DNA from: Phyllobates terribilis
Taxonomy: Eukaryota
Direction: 5' to 3'
Assembly: GCF_046119375.1 (NCBI RefSeq)
Contig: NW_027362771.1
Coordinates: 416,392,001-416,456,000, forward strand
DNA: 64,000 bases
The position numbers and the translations under genes were made by a program. The notes under the pieces were generated by a model. That model saw only the letters and a list, made by a program, of their open reading frames with translations. It did not search any database and was not told the origin of the DNA. Positions 13,600 to 24,523 of this stretch are shown one piece after another. Position 1 is the first letter of the stretch. The number at the start of each line of letters is the position of its first letter.

Positions 13600-15420
13600 T
13601 GTTATATGGGGGCCAGTATTGTGTATGGAGCGTTATATGGGGGCCAGTATCCTGCATGGAGCGTTATATGGGGGCCAGTATCCTGCATGGAGCGTTATAT
13701 AGGGGCCAGTATCCTGCATGGAGCGTTATATGGGGGCCAGTATTCTGTATGGAGCGTTATATGTGGGCCAGTATCCTGTATGGAGCGTTATATGGGAGCC
13801 AGTATTCCATATGGAGCGTTATATGGGGGCCAGTATCCTGTATGGAGTGTTATATGGGGGCCAGTATTCCGTATGGAGCGTTATATGGGGGCCAGTATTC
13901 TGTATGGAGGATTTTATGGGGGCCAGTATTCTATATGGAGCATTATATGGGGGCCAATATTCTGTATGGAGCATTATATGGGGGCCAGTATCCTGTATGG
14001 AGCGTTATATGGGGGCCAGTATTCTGTATGGAGCGTTATATGAGGGCCAGTATTCTGTATGGAGCGTTATATGGGAGCCAGTATTCTATATGGAGCGTTA
14101 TATGGGGCCAGTATCCTGTATGGAGCATTATATGGGGACCAGTTTCCTGTATGGAGCATTATATGGGGGCCAGTATTCTGTATGGAGCATTTTATGGGGG
14201 GCCAGTCTCCTGTATGGAGCGTTATATGGGGGCCAGTATCCTGCATGGAGCGTTATATGGGGGCCAGTATCCTGCATGGAGCGTTATATAGGGGCCAGTA
14301 TCCTGCATGGAGCGTTATATGGGGGCCAGTATTCTGTATGGAGCGTTATATGTGGGCCAGTATCCTGTATGGAGCGTTATATGGGAGCCAGTATTCCATA
14401 TGGAGCGTTATATGGGGGCCAGTATCCTGTATGGAGTGTTATATGGGGGCCAGTATTCTGTATGGAGCGTTATATGGGGGCCAGTATTCTGTATGGAGGA
14501 TTTTATGGGGGCCAGTATTCTATATGGAGCATTATATGGGGGCCAATATTCTGTATGGAGCATTATATGGGGGCCAGTATCCTGTATGGAGCGTTATATG
14601 GGGGCCAGTATTCTGTATGGAGCGTTATATGAGGGCCAGTATTCTGTATGGAGCGTTATATGGGAGCCAGTATTCTATATGGAGCGTTATATGGGGCCAG
14701 TATCCTGTATGGAGCATTATATGGGGACCAGTTTCCTGTATGGAGCATTATATGGGGGCCAGTATTCTGTATGGAGCATTTTATGGGGGGCCAGTCTCCT
14801 GTATGGAGCGTTATATGGGGGCCAGTATCCTGCATGGAGCGTTATATAGGGGCCAGTATCCTGCATGGAGCGTTATATGGGGGCCAGTATTCTGTATGGA
14901 GCGTTATATGTGGGCCAGTATCCTGTATGGAGCGTTATATGGGAGCCAGTATTCCATATGGAGCGTTATATGGGGGCCAGTATCCTGTATGGAGTGTTAT
15001 ATGGGGGCCAGTATTCCGTATGGAGCGTTATATGGGGGCCAGTATTCTGTATGGAGGATTTTATGGGGGCCAGTATTCTATATGGAGCATTATATGGGGG
15101 CCAATATTCTGTATGGAGCATTATATGGGGGCCAGTATCCTGTATGGAGCGTTATATGGGGGCCAGTATTCTGTATGGAGCGTTATATGAGGGCCAGTAT
15201 TCTGTATGGAGCGTTATATGGGAGCCAGTATTCTATATGGAGCGTTATATGGGGCCAGTATCCTGTATGGAGCATTATATGGGGACCAGTTTCCTGTATG
15301 GAGCATTATATGGGGGCCAGTATTCTGTATGGAGCATTTTATGGGGGGCCAGTCTCCTGTATGGAGCCTTATATGGGGGCCAGTATTCCGTATGGAGCCT
15401 TATATGGGGGCCAGTATACT
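13600..15420. repeat. 31-bp minisatellite with 558-589-bp higher-order repeat
   Basis: Unit tatgggggccagtattctgtatggagcgtta. The variant unit ggggaccagtttcc recurs at 14131, 14720 and 15278. Confidence 0.92.
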
Positions 15421-15877
15421 GTGTGGAGCGATTCGCTGGTTTCTGAGCTATTGTGGAATTTACAATAGATATCACCCATGTAATGTAAGAAGTGAAATCT
15501 TCGGCATTGTACTATATATATATTTGTCTTCGGTATCTGTGCATCATGAATCGTGGTATATGTTAAAGGGGACCACTGAGACTCTTTGGCCCGGGGCCCA
15601 AAAAAAACAGTAGCCGGCCCCGGGACCCCGGGCCCCATGCTGAGCGCTAAGCGCCGGGACATCTCAGCGCTGCTTTCCTCTGTGTAGCAGAGCAGCGCTG
15701 CGCCTTCATGATTCCCCTGACTTCCGGTCATGTGACGGCGCCGTCACATGGCCGGAAGTCAGGAGAACCTGGTGGCAGCGACGTGGACGAGCGCCAGGAT
15801 TCTGCAGGGATCGCATGGGGATAAGTATAACAAGTTTTATTTTTTAAAATACAATTAATTAACTAGGAGTGGGGGGA

Positions 15878-16215
15878 ATCAGAGATGCACGGGGGGGATG
15901 AGAGATGCACAGGGGGGATGAGAGATGCACGGGGGGAATGAGAGATGCATGGGGGGGATGAGAGATGCACGGGGGGGTGAGATGCACGGGGGGATGAGAT
16001 GCACGGGGGGGTGAGATGCACGGGGGGGATGAGATGCACATGGGGGGATGAGAGCTCCACATGGGGGGGATGAGAGCTGCACATGGGGGGTATGAGAGCT
16101 TCACATGGGGGGATGAGAGCTGCACATGGGGGGGATGAGAGATGCATGGGGGGGATGAGAGCTGCACATGGGGGGATGAGAGCTGCACATGGGAGGGTGA
16201 GAGATACACATGGGG
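15878..16215. repeat. ~20-22-bp G-rich minisatellite
   Basis: Units ggggggatgagagatgcac and ggggggatgagagctgcacat. Confidence 0.85.
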
Positions 16216-18147
16216 GGGGTTATGTTTACATAACTTTGTTGCCCCATGAAGGGCAGGGGGGGGGGGGGGAATTTCTTGCACAGGGGCCCACTACAGTCTG
16301 TGTCCACCCCTGCATTGGTTGCCAGTGCCCAGGGCAAGGCAAGTATTTTGAGCCCCATAACCTGTGGACCATTATCATTTCCTATCTCCCATCCATCAGT
16401 CTAGACCATGTGCCAAACAACGGCCTCCATTTTTGCCTCCCTCTGACAGGCAGGGACTCCGGCGTGTCACTTCACTCACTCGTGCTGCGGCTGACACTTC
16501 CCTCCGCCTTGCTCTGCCTGCTTCCAGGTGGGCTTCTGGTTGTGTCCTTAGGGCACGCGTGCCCCCACTCTCTTAAAGGGCCAGCGTGCGCACTTGCTAT
16601 TACGTCCCCAGAAAATGGCTGCGTGACATTACATATATATATTGCTTCCTCCTTGCTGGGGAGGTGCCTGAGCAACCTTCCTGTTCTACAGTATATGTTA
16701 TAAAGGTTGCATACTAGTCCATGCTACCAACCCTGCCGCACTCTGGTGCAAATCAAGTATGCTGCACTCCGGTGCAAACCAAATGTCACGCCAGGTGTGG
16801 GGAAGACTTAGTGCAACACAGAGGGAAAAGGGAAAGGAAGCCCAAACAATAAGGAAAGGGGAAAAGTGGAGACCTCCTAGTCTGGTCTAGCGTCACCCTG
16901 TCTCAACTATCATCCCTATATTGCCTCCTCAGCAATCGCCGCATGCGTGCCTCGCCCTACTCTCCCTGACGTATGGCTACGGCTAGGGATGGAAGGAGAT
17001 GGCCACTAGTCAACCTCCACTAAACTCTATAGACAACAAGGGTAGACAAAACAGGGGAAATGGCTTAGTTTTAGATGTACTCCAATTAAACACACGGCCT
17101 CAAGCTCCAGAGAGGATGAAGTACTCCTCCTGCTAAGCTTCACAAGTAGAAATGGATATTGCCAGCAACTCCCTGTAACGGGTCTGGGAGGCGGAACCTC
17201 TGAGCAACTATACAAAGGGGCGGTCCTTGTAAGGAAGCGGGTGGCTCCCAGGGAAGACGGGCAGGTAGTCACGGCAAGTGACAGGGACAGTCTCTGGGTA
17301 GAAGGGCAGGTAGTCGCGGCAAGTGACAGGGACAGTCTCTGGGTAGAAGGGCAGGTAGTCACGGCAAGTGACAGGGACAGTCTCTGGGTAGAAGGACGGG
17401 TACTCAAGGCAAGTGACAGGGACAGTCTCTGGGTAGAAAGACAGCAGGCTGGTGGCTGGTGAGCGCTCCCAGGTGAGCGGGCGAGAGTCTTTGGACAGGC
17501 AGGTGGTCACGGCAAGTGACGGCAGAGCCTCCAGGTAGGCTAGCAGGCAGGTAGCAGGTGAGTGCTCCCAGGTGAGCAGGCAAGAGTCTCTGGACAGGCA
17601 GGTGGTCACGGCAAGTGACGGAGGAGCCTCCAGGTAGGCTAGCAGGCAGGTAGCAGGTGAGTGCTCCCAGGTGAGCAGGCAAGAGTCTCTGGACAGGCAG
17701 GTGGTCACGGCAAGTGACGGCGGAGCCTCCAGGTAGGCTAGCAAGCAGGTAGCAGGTGAGCGCTCCCAGGTGAGCAGGCAAGAGTCTCTGGACAGGCAGG
17801 TGGTCACGGCAAGTGACGGCGGAGCCTCCAGGTAGGCTAGCAGGCAGGTAGCAGATGAGCGCTTCCAGGTGAGCGGGCAGGCTGGTCCATAGACAGACTG
17901 ACAGGTGTCGGAAGGCAGACCGTCGGACCGCAGGCTTGCAAGCAGGTAAACGGATATCAGGCAGGTATCAAGCAGGAATCTGACAGGTGACTGGCAGGTA
18001 ACTGGTAACGGGACCTGAGGGCTGAAGCAGAGTGAAGGCTTTGCAACAAATTGCTCGGGCACCTCCATTTTGGAGGAGGTGCCTTATATATGGTGAGGTC
18101 CTCCGGCCATTGGCCGGGGACTCCTTAGGACGGCGCGCGCGGCCCCT

Positions 18148-21100
18148 TTAAGAGAGGGGGAGCGCGCGCGCCCTAAGCACAGTGGCCGGGAAGCAGCGCA
18201 CGCTGCCAGCAGAGCGGGAGGAGGACGCCGGGCACGGAGTGGAGAGGTGAGGGGAACAGCGCCCCTGCCTAGCAGGAGGCAGGGATGCCGACGCTACAGT
18301 ACCCCCCCCTTTAGGCCCCCCCTTTTTTAGGCCAGACAGAAATTTATCAAGGATGAGAGGGGCATGGATGTTCTCCCGGGGCTCCCAAGTTCTCTCCTCA
18401 GGACCAAACCCCTTCCAATCTACCAGAAAAAAGGTTTTTCCTCTTACCCTTTTGGTGGCCAGAATGTTCTCTACCTCAAACTCGTTTTCAGCGGAAACCG
18501 GAGCAGGAGGCGTACCTGTAGACTTGGAAAAAGAGTTAAGTACCACGGGTTTGAGGAGAGATACATGGAAGGAGTTAGGGATCCGCAAGTTGGCCGGGAG
18601 TTTCAATTTATAGGCCACTGGGTTGATTTGTTTGATAACTTCCAGTGGGCCGATGAACCGAGGCCCTAACTTGTAGGAAGGAATCTTGAGCCGGACATAC
18701 TTGGACGAGAGCCAGACTTTATCTCCAGGACGGAATTGTGGAGGATCCAGGCGCTTCTTGTCAGCGTGTTTTTTCATCCGCTCTGACGACAGAAGGAGTG
18801 CGGATCGGGTACTCTCCCAAATGGAGGAAAATTTGCTAACGAGAGATTCCGCAGCCGGATTGTCCACCGAGGTGGAGACGGGAAATGGGATCCGAGGATG
18901 CTGACCGAAGACTACAAAAAACGGGGACTTGGAGGAAGATTCGCTCTCGTGATTATTGTAAGAGAATTCGGCCCATGGCAGGAGATCCACCCAGTCTGAA
19001 TGGTGGGCATTAACGAAGTGCCGGAGGTAACTGGTCAGGATCTGATTGATCCACTCCACTTGACCATTGGACTGTGGGTGGTATGCGGAGGAGAAGTCCA
19101 GGGTGACGTCTAGCAGCTTGCATGTGGCTCTCCAGAAGCGTGAGGTGAACTGGACCCCACGATCCGACACGATGTGGAGGGGCAGGCCATGGAGACGGAA
19201 GATGTGGCGGATAAAGTCTTTAGCCAGCTCGGGTGCAGACGGGAGGCCTGGCAGGGGAATGAAATGAGCCATTTTGGAAAAGCGGTCAGCGACCACCCAA
19301 ATGACCGTATAACCGGCAGAGACAGGGAGATCTGTTATGAAGTCCATAGCTATATGCTGCCAGGGGGCAGCAGGTACTGGAAGAGGAAGGAGGCGACCGG
19401 CTGGCAGGTGTCTCGGAACCTTGTTGCGGGCGCAGGACACACAGGCAGAAACAAAGTCTATTACGTCCTTGTGCAGGGTAGGCCACCAGTAGTGCCGGGT
19501 GATAAGCTGGAGGGTCTTTTTCTGACCGGCGTGGCCAGCAAGCTTAGACGAGTGACCCCAGTGTAGGATCTTCTCCCGATCAGGTACCGTTACGAACGTC
19601 TTACCGGGAGGGAGACGATTTAGACTCACGGGGGCCACCTGCATTACTCTGATGGGATCGATGATGTGTTTAGGTTCCTCCTCAAGATCAGACACCAGGA
19701 AGGATCGGGACAAGGCATCAGCTTTGATGTTTTTGTCAGCCGAGCGAAAATGAAGAACAAAATCAAAGCGAGCAAAAAACAAGGACCACCGGGCTTGGCG
19801 CGGGTTAAGTCTCTGGGCACTCTGGAGGTAAGCCAAGTTCTTGTGGTCCGTGTAAATTATTACCGGGTGAAGAGCCCCCTTGAGCAGGTAACGCCACTCC
19901 TCCAATGCCAGCTTAATGGCCAATAACTCTCGGTCTCCTATAGAATAGTTGCGCTCGGAAGAGGAGAAGAGTTTGGAGAAGAAGCCGCAAGTTACCATTC
20001 TCCCGGAAGACGATTTTTGGGTAAGTACCGCTCCGGCTCCAGAAGAGGAGGCGTCAACTTCCAGGAAGAATAGCTTGTTGCCGTCCGGGCGATGCAGCAC
20101 CGGGGTGGAAGAGAAAGCCTGTTTTAAGGAAAGAAAGGCTTCCTCTGCTTCGGGCGGCCATTCTCTGGGATTAGTGCCCTTACGGGTGAGCGCAGAGATA
20201 GGGGCAGTCCGGGAAGAGAAGTGCGGTATGAAGAGGCGGTAGTAGTTGGCGAAGCCCAGGAACCGCTGAATAGCCTTCAACCCCTCTGGTCGAGGCCACT
20301 TCTCGATGGCAGACAGTTTCTCAGGATCCATTCGTAGGCCGGTCTGAGAAATTATGTAGCCCAAAAACGGAAGCGAGGTCTGCTCAAAGAGGCACTTCTC
20401 ATATTTAGCGTAGAGGTGGTTCTGCCTGAGCCTGAGCAGAACCTGATGAACATCCCTCCGGTGTGTGGGGAGATCCGGAGAGAAGACCAAGATGTCGTCC
20501 AGGTACACCACTACGCAGGAGTAGAGAAGGTCCCGGAAGATGTCATTGACCAACTCTTGAAAGACGGCAGGAGCGTTACAGAGACCGAAGGGCATTACCA
20601 GGTATTCATAGTGGCCGTCCCGGGTGTTGAATGCCGTCTTCCATTCATCCCCCTGACGGATACGGACCAGGTTATACGCCCCACGGAGGTCCAGCTTGGT
20701 GAAGATTCTAGCCCCCCTCAGACGGTCAAATAATTCCGGAATGAGCGGAAGGGGGTATTTATTCTTCACCGTGATCTGGTTAAGGCCTCTATAGTCTATA
20801 CAGGGACGGAGTAAGCCATCCTTCTTTTTGACGAAGAAGAAGCCTGCTCCCGCCGGGGAAGTAGATTTCCGGATGAACCCCCGGGCCAGATTCTCCTCAA
20901 TATATTCTGACATGGATCGGGTCTCAGCAGCAGACAAAGGGTATATGCGCCCACGGGGAGGAGTAGCGCCGGGCATCAGGTCGATTGGGCAGTCGTATGG
21001 TCTATGAGGGGGTAATGTCTCTGCCTCCTTTTTATTAAAGACGTCCGCATACGACCAATAAGGAGCCGGAAGACCAGGTAGATTGGCTGGAGTAGGAGAA

Positions 21101-21567
21101 GGACGGACAGGATGGACGGGAACTAAACAAGTCTTATGGCAGTCCTGTCCCCAGAAAAGGACTTCTCCGGTCTGCCAATCAAGCACGGGTGCATGTCTCT
21201 GAAGCCAAGGTAGGCCTAGTAAGAGGGCGTGAGAGAGTCCAGGCAGATCATGAAAGAAGATGCTCTCAGAGTGCAGCATTCCCACCTGCAGGGTTATGGA
21301 TTCGGTGATGAGTTGGATGGGATGTGGTAAGAGGCCCCCATCCACGGCAGCGACAGATAAGGGTACAGCTAGAGGTTTGGTGGGAATGCGGTATTTCTCT
21401 ACCAGAGACTGAGAAATGAGATTTCCGGCAGCTCCAGAGTCAAGTTGGGCTAGTTCAAAATAACGGTTCTCCCCGCAGATGATAGAGACCGACAGCAACA
21501 GAGATGGAGAGGGTTTACTCTTGTCTAGGACGACCTCTCTGAGCGATCCTAGACACAGGCGTTTCCC
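18148..21567 (-). CDS. Element A pol: protease-RT-RNaseH-integrase-chromodomain, uninterrupted
   Basis: LDSGA; VVVYLDDILVFS; H-H-C-C zinc finger; SDRGVQF; GPLEV; EFEVENIL...DWKGFGPEERTWEP chromodomain. The frame is open from the -1 slippery site. Confidence 0.93.
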   Translation of the reverse strand, partial: GKRLCLGSLREVVLDKSKPSPSLLLSVSIICGENRYFELAQLDSGAAGNLISQSLVEKYRIPTKPLAVPLSVAAVDGGLLPHPIQLITESITLQVGMLHSESIFFHDLPGLSHALLLGLPWLQRHAPVLDWQTGEVLFWGQDCHKTCLVPVHPVRPSPTPANLPGLPAPYWSYADVFNKKEAETLPPHRPYDCPIDLMPGATPPRGRIYPLSAAETRSMSEYIEENLARGFIRKSTSPAGAGFFFVKKKDGLLRPCIDYRGLNQITVKNKYPLPLIPELFDRLRGARIFTKLDLRGAYNLVRIRQGDEWKTAFNTRDGHYEYLVMPFGLCNAPAVFQELVNDIFRDLLYSCVVVYLDDILVFSPDLPTHRRDVHQVLLRLRQNHLYAKYEKCLFEQTSLPFLGYIISQTGLRMDPEKLSAIEKWPRPEGLKAIQRFLGFANYYRLFIPHFSSRTAPISALTRKGTNPREWPPEAEEAFLSLKQAFSSTPVLHRPDGNKLFFLEVDASSSGAGAVLTQKSSSGRMVTCGFFSKLFSSSERNYSIGDRELLAIKLALEEWRYLLKGALHPVIIYTDHKNLAYLQSAQRLNPRQARWSLFFARFDFVLHFRSADKNIKADALSRSFLVSDLEEEPKHIIDPIRVMQVAPVSLNRLPPGKTFVTVPDREKILHWGHSSKLAGHAGQKKTLQLITRHYWWPTLHKDVIDFVSACVSCARNKVPRHLPAGRLLPLPVPAAPWQHIAMDFITDLPVSAGYTVIWVVADRFSKMAHFIPLPGLPSAPELAKDFIRHIFRLHGLPLHIVSDRGVQFTSRFWRATCKLLDVTLDFSSAYHPQSNGQVEWINQILTSYLRHFVNAHHSDWVDLLPWAEFSYNNHESESSSKSPFFVVFGQHPRIPFPVSTSVDNPAAESLVSKFSSIWESTRSALLLSSERMKKHADKKRLDPPQFRPGDKVWLSSKYVRLKIPSYKLGPRFIGPLEVIKQINPVAYKLKLPANLRIPNSFHVSLLKPVVLNSFSKSTGTPPAPVSAENEFEVENILATKRVRGKTFFLVDWKGFGPEERTWEPRENIHAPLILDKFLSGLKKGGPKGGGTVASASLPPARQGRCSPHLSTPCPASSSRSAGSVRCFPATVLRARALPLS

Positions 21568-22505
21568 GACCTCTCCGGGCAGGAATGGATCCGGTGCTCC
21601 TTACTGCCACAGTAGAAGCAGCTCCCCTCGGCACGGCGTAACTCTTGACGGGTTTTGACCATCTTGGTCTGGTCGACCTGCATAGGCTCGGGTGAGTGCG
21701 CCTGGGGAGTAGCGGGAGAAGTAACAGATTTCTGAAAGGTAGGGGCTAGACGTGGAAACCTCCTCACCCCGGGTGACCTCTTTGGCGCGTTCCTGGAACC
21801 GGATGTCAATCCGGGTGGCAAGAGTTATTAAGTCGTCAAGTGTGGTAGGTATGTCCCGACCGGCAAGTTCATCTTTAATACGGCCGGACAGACCCTCCCA
21901 AAAGACAGACACCAGGGCGTCGTTATCCCAGGCCAGCTCCGAAGCAAGGGTACGGAACCGTATGGCATATTGGCCCACGGTGAGATTTCCTTGATGGAGG
22001 CGTAGCAGAGATGATGCAGATGAGGTCTTCCGTCCGGGTTCGTCGAAGACTTTCCGGAAAGCCGTGAGAAAGGCTGGCAGGTCGGACACCAGGAGGTCTC
22101 CTCTCTCCCATAGAGGATTTAGCCAAGCCAGTGCCTCCCCCGTGAGATGGGACATGATGAATGAAGGCTACTTTGGCCCGGTCGGAGATAAACTTGTGGG
22201 ACAGGAGTTCAAAGTGCAGGGTGCACTGGTTTATGAAGCCCCGAGCTTGAGCGGGGTCGCCTCCGAAGCGAGGAGGTGCAGAAAGCCGGGGTCCGGGGCA
22301 GGATGCCATGGTATTGGTGGGCAGTGGCGCTGCCGGGCTGCGAGTCATGACACTAGTGGTGGTTGCTGGTGGAGCAGTCAGAGTGTCCAGGCGAGAGTTG
22401 ACATTCCGCAGATGACTCAGGATGGACTCCTGTTGGGACCTCTGACGGGACAGTTCATGACATAGGTCCGAGAGCGAGGGAGCTTGGGTGCCACCGGGTT
22501 CCATG
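21549..22505 (-). pseudogene. Element A gag (CCHC zinc knuckle), broken by two frameshifts
   Basis: MEPGGTQAPSLSDL...PPRFGGDPAQARGFINQC. A 4-nt duplication (ttcattca) near 22160 and a second shift near 21775 interrupt it. Ends CFYCGSKEHRIHSC-PERSGNACV*. G GGA AAC slippery site at 21567-21561. Confidence 0.88.
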
Positions 22506-24523
22506 GCCTGAGCAAACTGTAACGGGTCTGGGAAGCGGAACCTCTGAGCAACTATACAAGGGGGGGGGGGGGGGGCGGTCCTTGTAAGGAAGCGGGTGGC
22601 TCCCAGGGAAGACGGGCAGGTAGTCACGGCAAGTGACAGGGACAGTCTCTGGGTAGAAGGGCAGGTAGTCGCGGCAAGTGACAGGGACAGTCTTTGGGTA
22701 GAAGGGCAGGTAGTCACGGCAAGTGACAAGGACAGTCTCTGGGTAGAAGGACGGGTACTCACGGCAAGTGACAGGGACAGTCTCTGGGTAGAAAGACAGC
22801 AGGCAGGTGGCTGGTGAGCGCTCCCAGGTGAGCGGGCGAGAGTCTTTGGACAGGCAGGTGGTCACGGCAAGTGACAGCAGAGCCTCCAGGTAGGCTAGCA
22901 GGCAGGTAGCAGGTGAGTGCTCCCAGGTGAGCAGGCAAGAGTCTCTGGACAGGCTGGTGGTCACGGCAAGTGACGGCGGAGCCTCCAGGTAGGCTAGCAG
23001 GCAGGTAGCAGGTGAGTGCTCCCAGGTGAGCAGGCAAGAGTCTCTGGACAGGCAGGTGGCCACGGCAAGTGACGGCGGAGCCTCCAGGTAGGCTAGCAGG
23101 CAGGTAGCAGGTGAGCGCTCCCAGGTGAGCAGGCAAGAGTCTCTGGACAGGCAGGTGGTCACGGCAAGTGAAGGCGGAGCCTCCAGGTAGGCTAGCAGGC
23201 AGGTAGCAGATGAGCGCTTCCAGGTGAGCGGGCAGGCTGGTCCATAGACAGACTGACAGGTGTCGGAAGGCAGACCGTCGGACCGCAGGCTTGCAAGCAG
23301 GTAAACGGATATCAGGCAGGTATCAAGCAGGAATCTGACAGGTGACTGGCAGGTAACTGGTAACGGGACCTGAGGGCTGAAGCAGAGTGAAGGCTTTGCA
23401 ACAACATTGCTCGGGCACCTCCATTTTGGAGGAGGTGCCTTATATATGGTGAGGTCCTCCGGCCATTGGCCGGGGACTCCTTAGGACGGCGCGCGCGGCC
23501 CCTTTAAGAGAGGGGGAGCGCGCGCGCCCTAAGCACAGTGGCCGGGAAGCAGCGCGCGCTGCCAGCAGAGCGGGAGGAGGACGCCGGGCACGGAGTGGAG
23601 AGGTGAGGGGAACAGCGTCCCTGCCTAGCAGGAGGCAGGGACGCCGACGCTACACTCCCTCTCAGACACACCAGGTATATATACACCCAGGCCAGAGAGC
23701 TAATTAGCAAGAGAGAGGTAGCCGCTCGGTCCTAAAGACAGCCTTTTAACTAAGAAATTGTCTGCAATGCCAAACGTAGAGATCTCCTGCAACTCACTGC
23801 AGGGCGACTGTCTGTCACCTCCGACACACCCGTGACACCAAGTCTGCTGCACTCCGGTGCAAACCAAGTCTGCTGTACTCCGATCCAAACCAAGCCTGCT
23901 GCACTATGGTGCAACCTGGCCGCACTCCGGTGCAACCCAGCCTGACGCTCTCCAGTGCTATCCTGTCTGCTGCTCCTGGGCACCATCCTGCCTGTCCTAC
24001 TAGGTCCAGCTGCAGCGCATCCGTTGGTCTGTTCTGGAGTAGCACCTGGGCTACCTCCCTCGTCCTTCCTCGGGTCGCAGAGTCGTAAAGCCGCCGTGCG
24101 TCCGGGGTTGGATTGGGCGAGGCCCCTAATTACATCCCTCCAGGCACTCCTCGGTCCGTGGCACAGTGGTTCCACAAACCACGTTCGTGACAATTTTATA
24201 TCTTAACCACACCCAGAGGTCAGGTATGTGGGTAGCTAGATCCGCCCATCTCTCCAAGTACCCGTTACCTGGCCCCAGGTGCACCAAACAGTCCTCTTAG
24301 TGCTTACGCACACTAGAGCAATATTCTTGGTTACATCACAGAGGACAGCCATCTCTGTGATACATACCTCCCATCAACAATGTGTCCATTAGACACCTTA
24401 CAGTATGTATTGAATTTTGAGGAAAAAGCTGAATAGTGTGCCCACTGATCCTATAGTTTTTTCAACTTTTTGCTCAAATTAGACATAACTTATCAATAAA
24501 AAGTTATACATTGTTATAATATA

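Larger units (their letters stand above)
12206..16312. mobile_element. 4.1-kb non-autonomous hAT element (possibly composite) filled with minisatellites
   Basis: TIR caggggcggac / gtccacccctg; perfect 8-bp TSD CATTGGTT (12198-12205, 16313-16320). Confidence 0.85.
17174..23654 (-). mobile_element. Element A: full-length Ty3/gypsy chromovirus (Sushi/PEG10-like)
   Basis: LTRs 22518-23654 and 17174-18298 (about 14 substitutions plus indels by eye); 5-bp TSD CTCCC; PPT aagggggggtac next to 18298. Confidence 0.95.
16784..23837 (-). mobile_element. Solo LTR Y (~570 bp net), interrupted by element A
   Basis: tgtcacgcc...ccgacacacccgtgaca termini resemble the LTRs of element B. Flanks ccaaa/ccaag lie within a ctgcactccggtgcaaaccaag tandem repeat of LTR X. 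Confidence 0.75.
16434..24192 (+). mobile_element. Solo LTR X (Sushi-type), interrupted by solo LTR Y and element A
   Basis: Homologous to the LTR of element A (cttagggcacgcg...ctcttaaagggcc; TATA then ggaggtgcctgagcaac at 16660-16676). Ends gttcgtgaca. Possible ATTTT TSD; left boundary uncertain. Confidence 0.65.

Noticed and set aside
13503-15613. Multiple long ORFs (up to 469 aa) of YGGQYSVWSVIWGP type
   Set aside because: They are translations of a stop-free 31-bp minisatellite cycling through frames, inside a TSD-bounded hAT element
12800-16215. CRISPR-like regular repeats
   Set aside because: There are no unique spacers or cas genes and the context is eukaryotic; these are minisatellites
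17027-18068. ORFs of 125-286 aa in the element A LTRs (also 22455-23162) and in LTR Z (38506-39243)
   Set aside because: Products of 45/99-bp and 33/39-bp tandem repeats; no domain signature
12188-24316. Outer hAT-like MITE (cagtggtgtag...tacgcacactag) enclosing the whole 12-kb nest
   Set aside because: The termini are only loosely inverted and no TSD was found; plausible but not supportable
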